A DNA stretch of 63,442 bases, counting the filler, from Octopus bimaculoides (taxonomy: Eukaryota), in NCBI RefSeq assembly GCF_001194135.2. It is 5 parts of 4 records of this genome, joined end to end, with 100 filler letters (N's around TTAATTAATTAA, not from the genome) between each part and the next. Parts side by side here need not be neighbours in the genome. Positions count along the whole stretch, not along the records: positions 26,078 to 42,091 come from NC_068994.1; positions 42,192 to 48,696 come from NC_068989.1; 3 more parts are not named here. One strand, written 5' to 3'. Position numbers and translations under genes: made by a program. Of the stretch, positions 28,441 to 42,530 are shown one piece after another; within the stretch, counting starts at the first letter, position 1; each line of letters starts with the position of its first letter. Under the pieces are notes generated by a model. That model did not search any database. It had not been told where the DNA came from and was given only the letters and a program-made list of their open reading frames with translations.

Positions 28441-29407
28441 CCTATATATGTATATACAAATATATATACATAAAGCCACATACATATACACACACAAATG
28501 CCCATTTAGCTGTACATGAAAAAAAAAACAAAAAAAAACGAGCGGGGACGAAAGGAAGTCGAATACGAGTTCAGTAAGTTCTTTTAATGACGAAATTAAT
28601 TGGAAGGGACATACGACCGAAAGAAGAATTATGGAAACGAGGTGCCCTAATTACACCCCTGCCCTCACACAGTACAACCCCAACTCCCTGGAATACACAT
28701 ACACGCAAACATCAGAACGTGAGTAAATTTATTAAAAGGTAACATCATTCGCTTCGTTTACGCTGTTAAATGCCCTTGACATAAGTATGAACGCCACATA
28801 ACCTCGGTAGATTTTGTTTTATTTTTCTTTCATATAATTGGGATGTTTTATACGTTCAAGTGTAATAAATAAATAAATAAATATGTAAATAAAATAATAC
28901 ACAAATAAATAAATAAGTAAATAAAATGGATAAACAAATAAATGAAAATTAAAGCTTGATTTAGACATAAATGGTTACAGCGTCTTCAAGGGAGGCTGTC
29001 TACTTTGTTGCAAGCATTTTGGACAAGGTCACTGGTTTGAGGACACCGCATCAGTCGTGGTTGATTCCACCATTGCTCCACCCCACCCCTACTGCTACCA
29101 CCATCAGCCCCTTCAGAAACTCTGCAATAAGGTCATAAGAGCTATCCTACATCCTCGGATTGAGCCATAAAGTAAATTATTCTTTTTTTTTTTTTTGTAA
29201 TCTGAATAAAATGCATTTTATAAGTCTGGTCTAACATCCTTGATTTAAAAATGAACGCCATCCATTCTCGTTTCAGTATTACGAATATGATCTTTTGTAT
29301 GACTTGCCTAACATTGATTTTTTTTTAATTTTTTTTTTACATGAACACCATTCATTTCTCTTCTCTACTTACTGAATACACATGATGTCTTATATGACCA
29401 GTCTAAC

Positions 29408-29538
29408 ATCAAGGTGATGAGCTGACAGAAACATGCTTGTCAAAATGCTTAGGGGTACTTCTTCCGGTTTAACGTTCTGAATTCAAATACCGCCATGGTC
29501 GACTTTACCTTTCAACCTCTCAGGGTTGGTAAAATACC
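29408..29538 (+). mobile_element. SINE-B 5' fragment
   Basis: gagctgacagaaac...ggtcgactttacctttcaacctctcagggttggtaaaatacc. Confidence 0.7.
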
Positions 29539-29615
29539 ATAGTTTCCGGCATATAAGGCGCACTTTCCCCTCCCCCCCAAAATTCCCTCTAAAAGTCACC
29601 CTACGCCTTATCAGC
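29535..29615 (+). mobile_element. Tc1/pogo-type MITE end fragment
   Basis: taccatagtttccggcatataaggcgcac resembles TACCGTATTTTCCGGACTATAAGGCGCAC-type termini; no partner end found. Confidence 0.4.
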
Positions 29616-29652
29616 TGAGGGTCAGACTTTGGGTAGACATGGTTAGTGTTAT

Positions 29653-30049
29653 TTGTTGTTGTTGTTGGCACTCCGTCGCTTACGATGTCGAGGGTTCCAG
29701 TCGATCCGATCAACGGAACAGCCTGCTCGTGAAATTAACGTGCAAATGGCTGAGCACTCCACAGACACGTGTACCCTTAACGTAGTTCTCGGGGATATTC
29801 AGCGTGACACAGTGTGTGACAAGGCCGGCCCTTTTAAATACAGGCACAACAGAAACAGGAAGTAAGAGTGAGAGAAAGTTGTGGTGGAAGAGTATACAGC
29901 AGGGTTCGCCACCATCCCCTGCCGGAGCCTCGTGGAGCTTTTAGGTGTTTTCGCTCAATAAACACTCACAACGCCCGGTCTGGGAATCGAAACCGCGATC
30001 CTATGACCGCAAGTCCGCTGCCGTAACCACTGGGCCATTGCGCCTCCAC
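29653..30049 (-). mobile_element. SINE-A, full length
   Basis: Matches the other SINE-A copies; (TTG)n tail. Confidence 0.92.
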
Positions 30050-30081
30050 ATATTCGATGTTTAATACGCTTAGTTAAACAT

Positions 30082-30300
30082 AGGTGGCAGGCTGGCAGAA
30101 TCGTTACCGCACCGGCGAAAAATGTTTGGCGGCATTTCTTTCGAATTTACCTCCTGGGTTCAAATGTTGTCGAGGTCGATTTTACCTTTTATCTTTTCAG
30201 AGTCTATAAAATAAGTACCAGTTCAACACTAGAGTCGATGTAATCGACTTATATCTTCTCCTGAAATCATTGGCCTTGTGCCAAAATTTGTAATCAATAT
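30082..30300 (+). mobile_element. SINE-B monomer, tail type 2
   Basis: Head ggctggcagaatcgttacc, core, tail ggccttgtgccaaaatttgtaatcaata. Confidence 0.8.
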
Positions 30301-30807
30301 GTTTAACATTTTGGTTTCCATCTCGTTATAAATTAATGCAACACATATTCATGTTCCTTACGAATAACTAAATTCTCATGTTCCTTACGAATAACTAAAA
30401 CCTTTAATATGTCAAGTCCTAACAGCATTGATTTTAACTATGAATGACACGCAGTCTCGTTTCTACCGTCTTATAAATACGAATACGTTGATATGTTTAG
30501 TCTAACTTCGTTGATATTAGCATGAACGCCACACATCCCCGTTTCTGTCTCCTTATAAATAGGATGTTTCATGGCAAGTTTAACATCGTTCGTTCAAACA
30601 TGAACACCACACATTCTCATTTCTGCCGTTTTATAAATATGATGTTTCATATGCCTCGTCTAACATCCTTGATTTAAAAATGTTCACTAAGCAATCTCTT
30701 TTCTAACTTCTTATAAATGTGTTGTTACCGTTGATTGAAACGTAAACGCCAGCATTCCTGTGTCTACCTACTTAACAAACAGATGTTTAATATGTCTAGT
30801 TTAATTA

Positions 30808-31025
30808 AGACGGCAAGCTGGTAGAACCGTTAGCCCACCAGGCGATAAACTTAGCGGCATTTCGTATGCTTTTACGGTCTGCGTTCAAATTCCATCGCGG
30901 TTGACTTTGCCTTTTACCCTTTCGGGGTCGCTGAAAAAAGTACCACTTGAGTACTGGTGCCGATGTAATCGACTAGCCCACTCCCATCCAAACTGCTGGC
31001 CTTGTTCCATAAATTGAGACCAATA
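30808..31025 (+). mobile_element. SINE-B monomer, tail type 2
   Basis: Head gacggcaagctggtagaaccgttagc, core, tail ggccttgttccataaattgagaccaata. Confidence 0.8.
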
Positions 31026-31037
31026 TGACTAGTCTTA

Positions 31038-31398
31038 TATTGGTTTCAAATTTTGGCATAAGGCCTGCAATTTTGGGGGAGGAGGTAAATCGATTACATC
31101 GACCCCAGTACTTAACTGGTGTTTGCTTTACCAACTTCGAAAGGATGAAAAGCAAACTCAACATCCGCTGAATGCCGCTAAGCATTTTGCCCAGGGTGAT
31201 AACGATTCTTATTTTTTTATTACCCACAAGGGGCAAAACATAGAAGGGACAAACAAGGACAGACAAAGGGATCAAGTCGATTATATCGACCCCAGTGCGT
31301 AACTGGTACTTAATTTATCGACCCCGAAAGGGTGAAAGGCAAAGTCGATCTCGGCGGAATTTGAACTCAGAACGTAGCGACGGGCGATATACCACTAA
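31038..31398 (-). mobile_element. SINE-B dimer (tail1 then tail2) on the minus strand
   Basis: On the minus strand a tail-1 monomer runs into gaatcgttatcacc...gcttagcggc, followed by a deleted monomer with tail 2. Confidence 0.82.
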
Positions 31399-32155
31399 AA
31401 AGCTTTAAGGCGATGCCCCAGCATGGCGGCAGTCAAGTAACTGAAATAAGTAAGAAAAAGATATGCAATTTTCTAAAGGGCAACTACGAACCTGAACGTC
31501 AGACAACATGTATACATGCAGACAGACTTAATGACATATGCAAACAAACACACACACACAGATACACACACAGATACGCAGGTACGTGCTCCCACTCATG
31601 CACATGCAAATATGCATTGACCACTGTTTCTTAACCTATTTCTCTATATTTCCTCCCTTTACGAGTTTATCAACCTGATTGGCTCCACCTATATGATAAA
31701 GATAATCTTGCAAAGAACACCATTGCATGACATTAACAGCTTTATATCAAAAGTAGTTATCATTCAACATTCAACAGTCAACGTAACTATATTACATAAC
31801 ATTTACAACTTTATATTGTCTTGGCAACAGCACAATTTATTACATAACATTAACAGCTTTATATTAAATTAACATTAGACTTTAGAATCAACATTGGGGT
31901 GATGGAAGAAGTGATGGGAGAATTTGACCAAATAAATGATAACGTTTTTTTTTTTCTTTTTTGCCAGTTTAAAAAACAATTTCCCCGTTGGAACCTTGAA
32001 AGATCTCCTAGGTTAAGACTTGCAGATATAATCTTATAGACAGACATTGACACAAATAGATAAATATCCTCGCGTGCATGCACATTCACACAGTCTCACT
32101 CATCCCATTTCTAACTCTTACAGTTACAGGCAGTCTTTCACTCTCACTTAAAATC

Positions 32156-32195
<40 letters not shown>

Positions 32196-32699
32196 TCACA
32201 CAAACACTCATACGTGTCCCTGCAAAAATAATTTGATACATATATGTGTGTGTGTGCGTGTGTGTATGTATGTGTGTGTATATGCATAGATACATGCATC
32301 AATCCATACATATATACATTCATACGCATAAAGTAATACACAAACAGGCACACTGTCTAATACACACACACAATACAACACATACATTCGCACAGAGCAC
32401 ACACATACACAAACTCCTAAATATATTCGCTCAAGCTCTCTCTCACATGAATAAATACACACAGTCGGAAGCTTCCACACACACACACACACATACAGAT
32501 GCACACACACACCCACACACACATATATATATACATATGCACACACACACAGACACACTTACAAACACATGCACGCACAGAAAGAGACAAAAATCATTTC
32601 ACATACACTCTTTGTCATATATACAAACATAACTAATATTTTACACACACANNNNNNNNNNTCACATACACTCTTTGTCATATATACAAACATAACTAA

Positions 32700-32741
<42 letters not shown>

Positions 32742-33099
32742 ACACAGACACACACATGCTCTTTCATGCGTACATACATTATACACATTTTCACAAATAA
32801 GCAACTCAAACAGAAACAAACACAAACACTCTCACACACGCACACACATACACAAACACATACATGCACACACAAAAGTGCTCATAGTAAGGACTCCTTA
32901 AGTACACCAACACACACAGAAGCACACGCACAAAAGCACACAAACACACACACACACGCACATACACAGAAAAGCACAAAAACACACACAGACAAGCAAA
33001 AGTACACAAAGGTGCGCGCACACACATACACAAATATAGACATACATATTTCCACACATAGATTCATAACCTTACGAAAGTACACTCTCACGCACACAT

Positions 33100-33148
<49 letters not shown>

Positions 33149-33309
33149 CGAAAGCACACGCACATGCATACACATGCACACATACACAACAAACACACGC
33201 TCATACACGCATGCATACACACAGAAATACAAACTATGATGGCGGTTTTCTTCGTCACAAACTCACTCCCGCCGTACTTTTACCTTTTCTGTCGTGTCCA
33301 TTCTCATAT

Positions 33310-34033
33310 CATCAGCTCCACCACCACATACTTCACCACTACAACCACCACCACCACCACAACCACAACCATCACCACAACAACCACCGCCTTCACCAAC
33401 ACCACCCCTAGCACCACTACACAACCAATACCACCACCACCACCAGACCGTCCCTCACCAACTCTATGGCCATAAGGCTGCCGCACACTACCACCACTAC
33501 CTCCAGCACCACTACCACAATCACCAAATGCCTTCCAATTCACACCACTAACACCACCACCACTACCACCATTACTACCATTACCACCAACACCAACATC
33601 ACCACAACCACCACCACTACCACTATCACCACTACCACCTCCACCATCTCCTCTACTATTACCAATACCACTAATACTATCACCACCACCATCACCACTA
33701 CAACCACCACCACTACCACCTCAGTGCCACTTATCAACACCGACATACAATCTATTAGTAATACCACCATCACCATACTACATCTCACTAATACCATCAT
33801 ACCAATCACCACCTCCACCACCACCACCACCACCACCACACTAACACCACTACCAGTGCTACAACTAACACCACCACAACATAATACCACCGCCACCAAG
33901 CACCAGCAACAACAGAACCATTACATCCACGACCATCACCACCATTGTCATGATATCCCGTCTCACCACCACGACTACTCGCTACCGCCTCCAATACATC
34001 TTGATACAGCACACCCCGCCCCGCCCCCCCCCC
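33310..34033. repeat. Cryptic (ACC/ACT/ATC)n low-complexity tract
   Basis: Directly visible; source of the Thr-rich pseudo-ORF. Confidence 0.9.
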
Positions 34034-36080
34034 NNNNNNNNNNNNNNNNNNNNNNNNNNNNNNNNNNNNNNNNNNNNNNNNNNNNNNNNNNNNNNNNNNN
34101 NNNNNNNNNNNNNNNNNNNNNNNNNNNNNNNNNNNNNNNNNNNNNNNNNNNNNNNNNNNNNNNNNNNNNNNNNNNNNNNNNNNNNNNNNNNNNNNNNNNN
34201 NNNNNNNNNNNNNNNNNNNNNNNNNNNNNNNNNNNNNNNNNNNNNNNNNNNNNNNNNNNNNNNNNNNNNNNNNNNNNNNNNNNNNNNNNNNNNNNNNNNN
34301 NNNNNNNNNNNNNNNNNNNNNNNNNNNNNNNNNNNNNNNNNNNNNNNNNNNNNNNNNNNNNNNNNNNNNNNNNNNNNNNNNNNNNNNNNNNNNNNNNNNN
34401 NNNNNNNNNNNNNNNNNNNNNNNNNNNNNNNNNNNNNNNNNNNNNNNNNNNNNNNNNNNNNNNNNNNNNNNNNNNNNNNNNNNNNNNNNNNNNNNNNNNN
34501 NNNNNNNNNNNNNNNNNNNNNNNNNNNNNNNNNNNNNNNNNNNNNNNNNNNNNNNNNNNNNNNNNNNNNNNNNNNNNNNNNNNNNNNNNNNNNNNNNNNN
34601 NNNNNNNNNNNNNNNNNNNNNNNNNNNNNNNNNNNNNNNNNNNNNNNNNNNNNNNNNNNNNNNNNNNNNNNNNNNNNNNNNNNNNNNNNNNNNNNNNNNN
34701 NNNNNNNNNNNNNNNNNNNNNNNNNNNNNNNNNNNNNNNNNNNNNNNNNNNNNNNNNNNNNNNNNNNNNNNNNNNNNNNNNNNNNNNNNNNNNNNNNNNN
34801 NNNNNNNNNNNNNNNNNNNNNNNNNNNNNNNNNNNNNNNNNNNNNNNNNNNNNNNNNNNNNNNNNNNNNNNNNNNNNNNNNNNNNNNNNNNNNNNNNNNN
34901 NNNNNNNNNNNNNNNNNNNNNNNNNNNNNNNNNNNNNNNNNCTGACAGTTGGATTCTGTGTGACGTGAAGGCGCAGAAAAGATTACAGAGAGAGAAGTTC
35001 GTCGTAGGAAAATGTCATCTGTTCTGCTGTGAAGCAGAATCGATGTGCATGTCGCTGCCAACGGCATTTATTGTTCACAAGCCGAACGTCACCGCCGTTG
35101 TTATTTTTATTCACGTTGAGATTCTTCTTGTTGTTGCTTCTGTTGTTGTTGTTGATCTGCCTGCTTGCTGATGTTGCTGTTTACCAACGCTAATCGCTGT
35201 TGTCTTTTGCTGTTCTGGTTATTGCTTGTTGTCAGCGAAATGGTCGTATGTTGTGTTATGTTGTCGTTCGTTACTCAACGCCCAAACGCCGTCTCTCTTT
35301 CTCACTCTGTCTTTCTATCTCTCTCTCTCTCCCCACTCTCTTTCTCTATCTTTCTGCGTTTCACTCTGTTTTTCTCTCTGTTCCTCCCTCCCTCTCTCCC
35401 TCTCGCTCCCTTTCTCTGTGACGTTATGTTTCTTCCCATTCGTTTCTATTTGCGTCTATGTGTGTGTGTGTGTGTGTGCATATGTGTATGTGCACGTTAT
35501 GCATGTTCGTGAGTGTGCGTGTGTACATATGTGTGTGTGTGTACGTGCATTTCTCTTTGGCGTATTTGCACACGCATGCAGGATACGTCGTGTATGCATA
35601 TTTGTGTGCATGTGTGTTTGCGCATGATATATATATATATATATATACCACGCGCAAACACATAGACACACACGTATCTATATGTATGGATGTATTTGTA
35701 TGTGTGCGTGCACGCGTGTTGTATATGTTTCTCCGTGCTTATGTTTGTGTGTCTATGCATGAGCGTACATGTGTGCTTGTGTGTGTGTATGTGTGTGTGT
35801 GTGTGTGTGTGTGTTCGTGGAGATGTTGTATGTGTATTTGTATGTGAAGGCACGAGCGTGTATGTGTGTCTGCGTGTAATGTGTATATGATATTTTTGCT
35901 TACGCACAGGTGAGTGTACGCGTGCGAATTGTACGTATATTTGTGAACATGTGTTTGTATGTCACAGCACGAGCTTGTGTGTATGTGTATATATATNNNN
36001 NNNNNNNNNNNNNNNNNNNNNNNNNNNNNNNNNNNNNNNNNNNNNNNNNNNNNNNNNNNNNNNNNNNNNNNNNNNNNNNN

Positions 36081-36112
<32 letters not shown>

Positions 36113-36115
36113 CGA

Positions 36116-36150
<35 letters not shown>

Positions 36151-37805
36151 GTGTATGGTGTATGTGCATTTGTATCTGTGTGTGTAACTATGTGCGTGCG
36201 CTCGTATTGTATACGTATTTGTATGCTCGTGTTTGTGTATGCACGAGCCTGTGTTCGTGTGAGCACGTGTGTACGTGGAAGCCTTTTGTGTTTTAACATG
36301 ACTAAATGCAAATGTGTCTGAACGCGCCATTATGTTTTTATTTATTATGCATTGAACTCTGTACTTCCATACAAATATGAAAAAATATGATTTTGACATA
36401 TCTACGTATACATTCATATATTTGTGAATCATTCACATATGCACAGATGCATGTGTGTACATGTCTGTGAGTGTACGTATGTGTGTGTGTATATTAATTT
36501 TGACATACATTCATTTACATTCGTAGATTTGTGAACATACATAATGATTCACATGTGCACAGATGTGTCCATGCTGTTGTACGTGTGTATGCGTGTATGT
36601 GCATGTGCGCATGTGTGTGTGCGTGCGTAAGTACAGAGGCACAGGATACGCACAACGTGTATAAGTGTGCGGATACTGCTTGTGTATGTATATGTACGTG
36701 TGTGAGTGTGTTCGTATGTGCGTGTGTGTGTTTGTACTGTGTGTGCATATTGCATTGAAAACATGACTGTGTTATAAGTTTATCTTTTTATCATTATTTT
36801 TTTCATATTTACAAATGAGTTCCTTGCAGTTTGTTTGGAATAATAACGTTCTTAAATCTATCTCCATCGTTTCTAAACCTTCACGGTCTCATTATCAGGA
36901 AGAACAGACGTTTATATATGTTGCTGGACAAAGATGATTGGTGCAGATACCACACACCATTCATATTACACTGTTGAAATTTGAGATTATCAGTCAGATG
37001 TTTATTTTTGTTTATGACTGGCGTATGTTGTGCGCCAATTTTAGCATTGCACCGTATTATGGATACCGCTTCCATTATTAACCTTTTTATTTTTGAGGGA
37101 ATTTACGTATAATATAGATGCATTGTCTACTAATGTTTTCCTAAGTAATTCTGTTTGCGTTATGTGCTGATGTAGTTCATTGCAATTGCACCTTGTGAAT
37201 GCATACTAAGTCAACAGGATTGTGTTGTACTTATATGGTCAATATAACAGATGGAATCTTCAATTTTACAGTTTTCGTGTCTGCAATCAAGTATTGTAAG
37301 CACGTTGGTTATCAGTGCCTTGTTGACAAAATTTACATACGTTTGATTTGTTATAAATTGCATGGAATTATAGCAATTATAAAGAAGTAGCAACTTATGT
37401 CAACATCATACATCTCAACAATCTTGATTAATCAGATGCACGGAGAATATATATGCATCAGCTAAGCTATGATCAACTCATTTACGTGTTTTCTAGGACT
37501 GGTATATAGGTATATATGTATGTATGTATGGTTTGTATGTATGTATGTATGTATGTATGTATGTATGTATGTATGTATGTATATACCCTTTCCCTTCCGG
37601 TCATTTCAATATGTGACCGCAAGTGTATCTTTGGCGATTTTCTTTCTCCATCTTCCCTTTGGACTTTTTCTATATTTCTCATGAAGTGCTCCGCTCGAAA
37701 CATGAAATCCTCTTTCTTTTCTTTCCTTTCCTGAGCGTCCAATAACACTGTACTTATTCCACGTCCTCGCGTTGCTGTTTTTCCTTGCTTGTTCCTGTTT
37801 GGATT

Positions 37806-37844
<39 letters not shown>

Positions 37845-39869
37845 TAAAGAGGGAGACGGAAGATAGGAGATAGGAATCTTACCAGCAAACTAAGAGGTGT
37901 ACACCATACGATTTATTAACACACACACAGAGATATATATATATATCCTTATATTTGTGTGTATATATGCATATATATACGTAAACGTTACAAACGAAGG
38001 AAATAAATGAAAATGAAACCCACATCAGCTGTCTCACTTAGGATCATAGCAGTTTCAACTAGGGAAGGCAACGACTGTTGTATACAGTTATTAAGGAATA
38101 GGTACAGTGAAGACGACACACAAAAACAAGGAAAATATATATATAGTTCGGCCTTCAGAATTGGAAAGAAAATATAGGGACAGGAAAAGATGCGTGATGA
38201 AGACTAGCAACTAGGACCTCAGTCTACTTACCATAAAATATTAATAAAACACGTCTGGGAGATGTGCTTTCTTGCTGTGTAGTTTGCTCTGAGACTGTGT
38301 GTTGAAAGAAAAGCAATTACAGCGCGGAAGGCCATTCAAAAACAGACGCATAAAAAGACTTAGATTAAACAGTTTATTATTCGGTGTCAAAATTTGGATC
38401 GCACCAACCACATATGTCACAACGAAACTAAACTCTCAGTTGATTGTGATGAGCATCAAAAAAGACAAAGCAACACAAAATAATATCGTAACACAAGCAT
38501 GAGTATGTGTATATATACGTAGAAGTATATATATATAAATATATGTATACACACTCATAACCCAAACTCATTAGAATTAATTGTAGCGCATATTATATTG
38601 AGTAATGCACGAAATTTAGCACATATCTATTGATACCAATGGGATAATAAATACCAATATAGATGAGGTAGCTAACCCTTCTGCCAGTAGCAGGCGTGGG
38701 GTCAACCGCACCAAACATCTTTGTAGCTGTCGAAACAAAATACGTTCTTTTACTGGCAATGACTAAGCCGAAACAGTTTACAAAAGTACTGTTGCGTCAG
38801 ATGGAATTTCACATTATTTCATTGGATCATGTTCTACTGGATCATGTTTTACTACCCGTCTTCTTTCAAGAATAGAAATAAAATATATAGTACAAGCCTT
38901 GTTTAAAAGATAAAAAACACAAAATTCAATAAAACTGGGATCTTGAAATGTAATTTATGCTAGGAAGAAACCATTCATATTTTCACCTCTAGATACAAGT
39001 TATTAAATAACAGATACGAATTACCCCCGAAATGCTTGCGTTCTTCCAGGAAAGTGTTTAAATATTTTTTAAATATAAATTTGAAGTTACTATTTATGTA
39101 AGGGTACACTGTAGATTTACTATATTTAACTTTTAATCATATAACAGCAAACTTCACTTTTTACTTCATTCTTATATATNNNNNNNNNNNNNNNNNNNNN
39201 NNNNNNNNNNNNNNNNNNNNNNNNNNNNNNNNNNNNNNNNNNNNNNNNNNNNNNNNNNNNNNNNNNNNNNNNNNNNNNNNNNNNNNNNNNNNNNNNNNNN
39301 NNNNNNNNNNNNNNNNNNNNNNNNNNNNNNNNNNNNNNNNNNNNNNNNNNNNNNNNNNNNNNNNNNNNNNNNNNNNNNNNNNNNNNNNNNNNNNNNNNNN
39401 NNNNNNNNNNNNNNNNNNNNNNNNNNNNNNNNNNNNNNNNNNNNNNNNNNNNNNNNNNNNNNNNNNNNNNNNNNNNNNNNNNNNNNNNNNNNNNNNNNNN
39501 NNNNNNNNNNNNNNNNNNNNNNNNNNNNNNNNNNNNNNNNNNNNNNNNNNNNNNNNNNNNNNNNNNNNNNNNNNNNNNNNNNNNNNNNNNNNNNNNNNNN
39601 NNNNNNNNNNNNNNNNNNNNNNNNNNNNNNNNNNNNNNNNNNNNNNNNNNNNNNNNNNNNNNNNNNNNNNNNNNNNNNNNNNNNNNNNNNNNNNNNNNNN
39701 NNNNNNNNNNNNNNNNNNNNNNNNNNNNNNNNNNNNNNNNNNNNNNNNNNNNNNNNNNNNNNNNNNNNNNNNNNNNNNNNNNNNNNNNNNNNNNNNNNNN
39801 NNNNNNNNNNNNNNNNNTATATATATATATATATATATATGCATATATAAATAGGCGTACGGATTTTTG

Positions 39870-40040
39870 GACAACAGTTGTTGGTTTGTTTTTTTCCACG
39901 TATCATAGCGGTTCGGCAAAAAAGACCGATGGAATAAGTACCAGACTTAAAAAATTATAATTATTGAGATCGATTTGTTCGACTATACCATTCAATGCTG
40001 TGCCTAAGCACCGCCGTAGTGCAGTGACTAAAACAAATGG
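39870..40040 (+). mobile_element. SINE-C 3' fragment
   Basis: tagcggttcggcaaaaaagaccgatggaataagtacc...gatcgatttgttcgact. Confidence 0.7.
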
Positions 40041-40955
40041 ATATATACGTGTGTATATGTGCATTTGTGTGGGTATGTGTATGTGTGTGTGTTCATATAA
40101 GAGACGAGCACAAATAAGATTTCAAAAAAAAGAAAAGAAAAGAAAAAGACCTGACTGAAACCTTTCAAAATCGATAGTTTATTGTACAAAATGCATTTCA
40201 TTGAAGTTTCCGAAATTTTTATCGAGTTAATTCTGAATAACTTTAATGGTGGTTGGGAGAAACAGCTTGATTAGAGGTCATAAAATTATTTGGAGCATTC
40301 CGAAACATATCAAAGCTTAGAAACAGAATAGCGACCGTTGTTATTAATACCTTCAAAGAAAAAGAATCGAGAAAAGAAAAGCGAAAGGAAACATTAAAGA
40401 CTAACTCCATAGAAACTCCTTAAACAATCGTTCATTATAAAATATCTTTTGTCATAACAAACCGAAACATTTAAAAATATTATTTTAAATCACCTAAAAA
40501 TATAACCACCCCCACGAAACTAATAAAAAAATAATAAAAAGAGAGAGAACGAAAAACGAATAGTCATATCAATATGTTAATCCACGCTCCTAACGAAAAA
40601 TATTGGACAAATTATCGTTCAGTTACTATGCAATAAATATTCATTATAATTGTCGCTGTATATCAAAAGGACGACAGGATGAACGACGGATGGGTTTATA
40701 CAATAACCTAAGTTGTTCCAGATACATCAAAAGAGTTTATATTGCTAAAGTGCATATTCAACAGTTTCTTTTGACTTTCATGTTGAGTATTCACTTATGA
40801 TTAGGAATCGGCAAAATATGAAACTCAGAGGTGCAACCTGCCTGATTTCAGCTTATAACCGGTTCTGTCTCCTTCAACTGAATTCTTTCTTAATAAACAT
40901 CTGCATTTTTTTACACACTGTGAGTATGGATACTTTTTCTCACATATCCTCATTT

Positions 40956-41018
<63 letters not shown>

Positions 41019-41847
41019 CACACATAAGCACAAAAACGCGCGCGAGCACACTCACACACATTGTATACAAGGTGTCGAAATTGTGATGGTCTCTGGTCGA
41101 TAACTCATGTAGAGTGAACGTGCCTACGTCCTTTGTGAGTCATCCATTTTTTTCCGTATGTTGCTGTGTCGTTCTCCCGTGCAGTATTTTACCATATAAT
41201 ACATGCATATATGGGTAGAGGACGTCACCAACGGTGAAAATAACAGGTAGGTTGGTGGGTATATATGCATGTCTATGTAAGTCCATATAAGTGTGTGTAT
41301 GTGAGAGTGTGTGTAAATAAGTTTGTATGTGTAAGCATGTTTATATGTATCTGTGTGAGCATTTCAAAGAGAACGATGTAAAAACGTTTCCGGATCAGAC
41401 TCGAAATAGCTGCATGAGAAGAACAAAAAATGAATTGCACAGAAGACTTGAAAGCGTCTTTAGAGTCTCTCCTGCCAGCTGGTGTATTAGTACAGAGGAG
41501 GCTCAGCAGAAATACCCGCGCTCTTGCTCAACAGCCGCTCAGGACTATCACAGTTACTGTCGTGACTAGCAACTACTAATGGCGCGATTACTGCCACCAA
41601 CGCTACCTGCATTGCCGCCACCACCACATCCACTACAACCCATACCAATGACCACCATCCACCACCACCTCCGCCACTCCCAACTGAACTATGCCGGGAA
41701 CTAATGTATTCTTAACTGCGGGAATCCATAGGAAACATTTCCTCGCTACATTCGGAGCTGTTGTTTATAACAGCATGTGGACATCCTTCGAATACAGATA
41801 TACAAACATACGTATGTATGTATGTATGTATGTACATGTGCATGCTA

Positions 41848-41911
<64 letters not shown>

Positions 41912-42091
41912 ATATATACACGACGGGCATTCTTTCAGTTTCCTTCTACCACATCCACTCACAAGGTGGACAAACACAGACAGCCATACATATACATACA
42001 TACATATATATATTCATATACTTACATATATACATATATATATTCATATGCCTACATACATATATACATACATATACCTATATACATATAT

Positions 42092-42191
42092 NNNNNNNNN
42101 NNNNNNNNNNNNNNNNNNNNNNNNNNNNNNNNNNNTTAATTAATTAANNNNNNNNNNNNNNNNNNNNNNNNNNNNNNNNNNNNNNNNNNNN
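42092..42191. other. Artificial assembly join (44N-TTAATTAATTAA-44N)
   Basis: Same 100-bp linker. Confidence 0.95.
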
Positions 42192-42234
42192 AAGGTCGAT
42201 AAAATAAAGTAATAGTTGAACACTGGCATCAATG

Positions 42235-42530
42235 TAAAGCCTAGCCAGGCTCATTGACCCGGTTTCCCGGTTTCTATGGCGTATGTGTTCCCCCTCAGCT
42301 GGACGGGACGCCAGTCCATCGCAGCGTTACCCAAGAAACAGGAAGAAAGAGTGAGAGAAAGTTGGGGCGAAAGAGTACAACAGGGATCGCCACCACCTCC
42401 CTGCCGGCGCCTCCTGGAGCTTTAGGTGTTTTCACTCAATAAACACACACACCGCGCGGTCTGGGAATTGAAACCGCGGTCCTCCGACCGCGAGTCCACT
42501 GCCCTAACCACTGGGCCATTGTGCCTCCAC
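42235..42530 (-). mobile_element. SINE-A2
   Basis: Homologous to 6800-7091, including ctggacgggacgccagtccatcgcagcgttac. Confidence 0.88.

Larger units (their letters stand above)
29200..30805. repeat. Degenerate ~80-bp tandem array interrupted by SINEs and a MITE fragment
   Basis: Unit is roughly ATGAACGCCACACATTCTCGTTTCTGCCGTCTTATAAATATGATGTTTCATATGTCTAGTCTAACATCCTTGATTTAAAC. Unit starts at 30440, 30522, 30600 and 30680 (periods 82/78/80); related units at ~29240 and ~29340. Confidence 0.8.

Noticed and set aside
30440-30800. C2H2 zinc-finger array (octopus expansion) as the origin of the ~80-bp repeat
   Set aside because: The period is 78-82 bp rather than 84, and there is no CxxC/HxxxH or TGEKP pattern in the frames I translated.
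33466-34968. 500-aa Thr-rich, mucin-like ORF
   Set aside because: Made of cryptic ACC/ACT repeats plus an N gap. Other frames are also open; no signal peptide or domain.
41185-41246. Exon-like segment with good splice sites
   Set aside because: Stops in all three frames; could only be non-coding, and there is no support.
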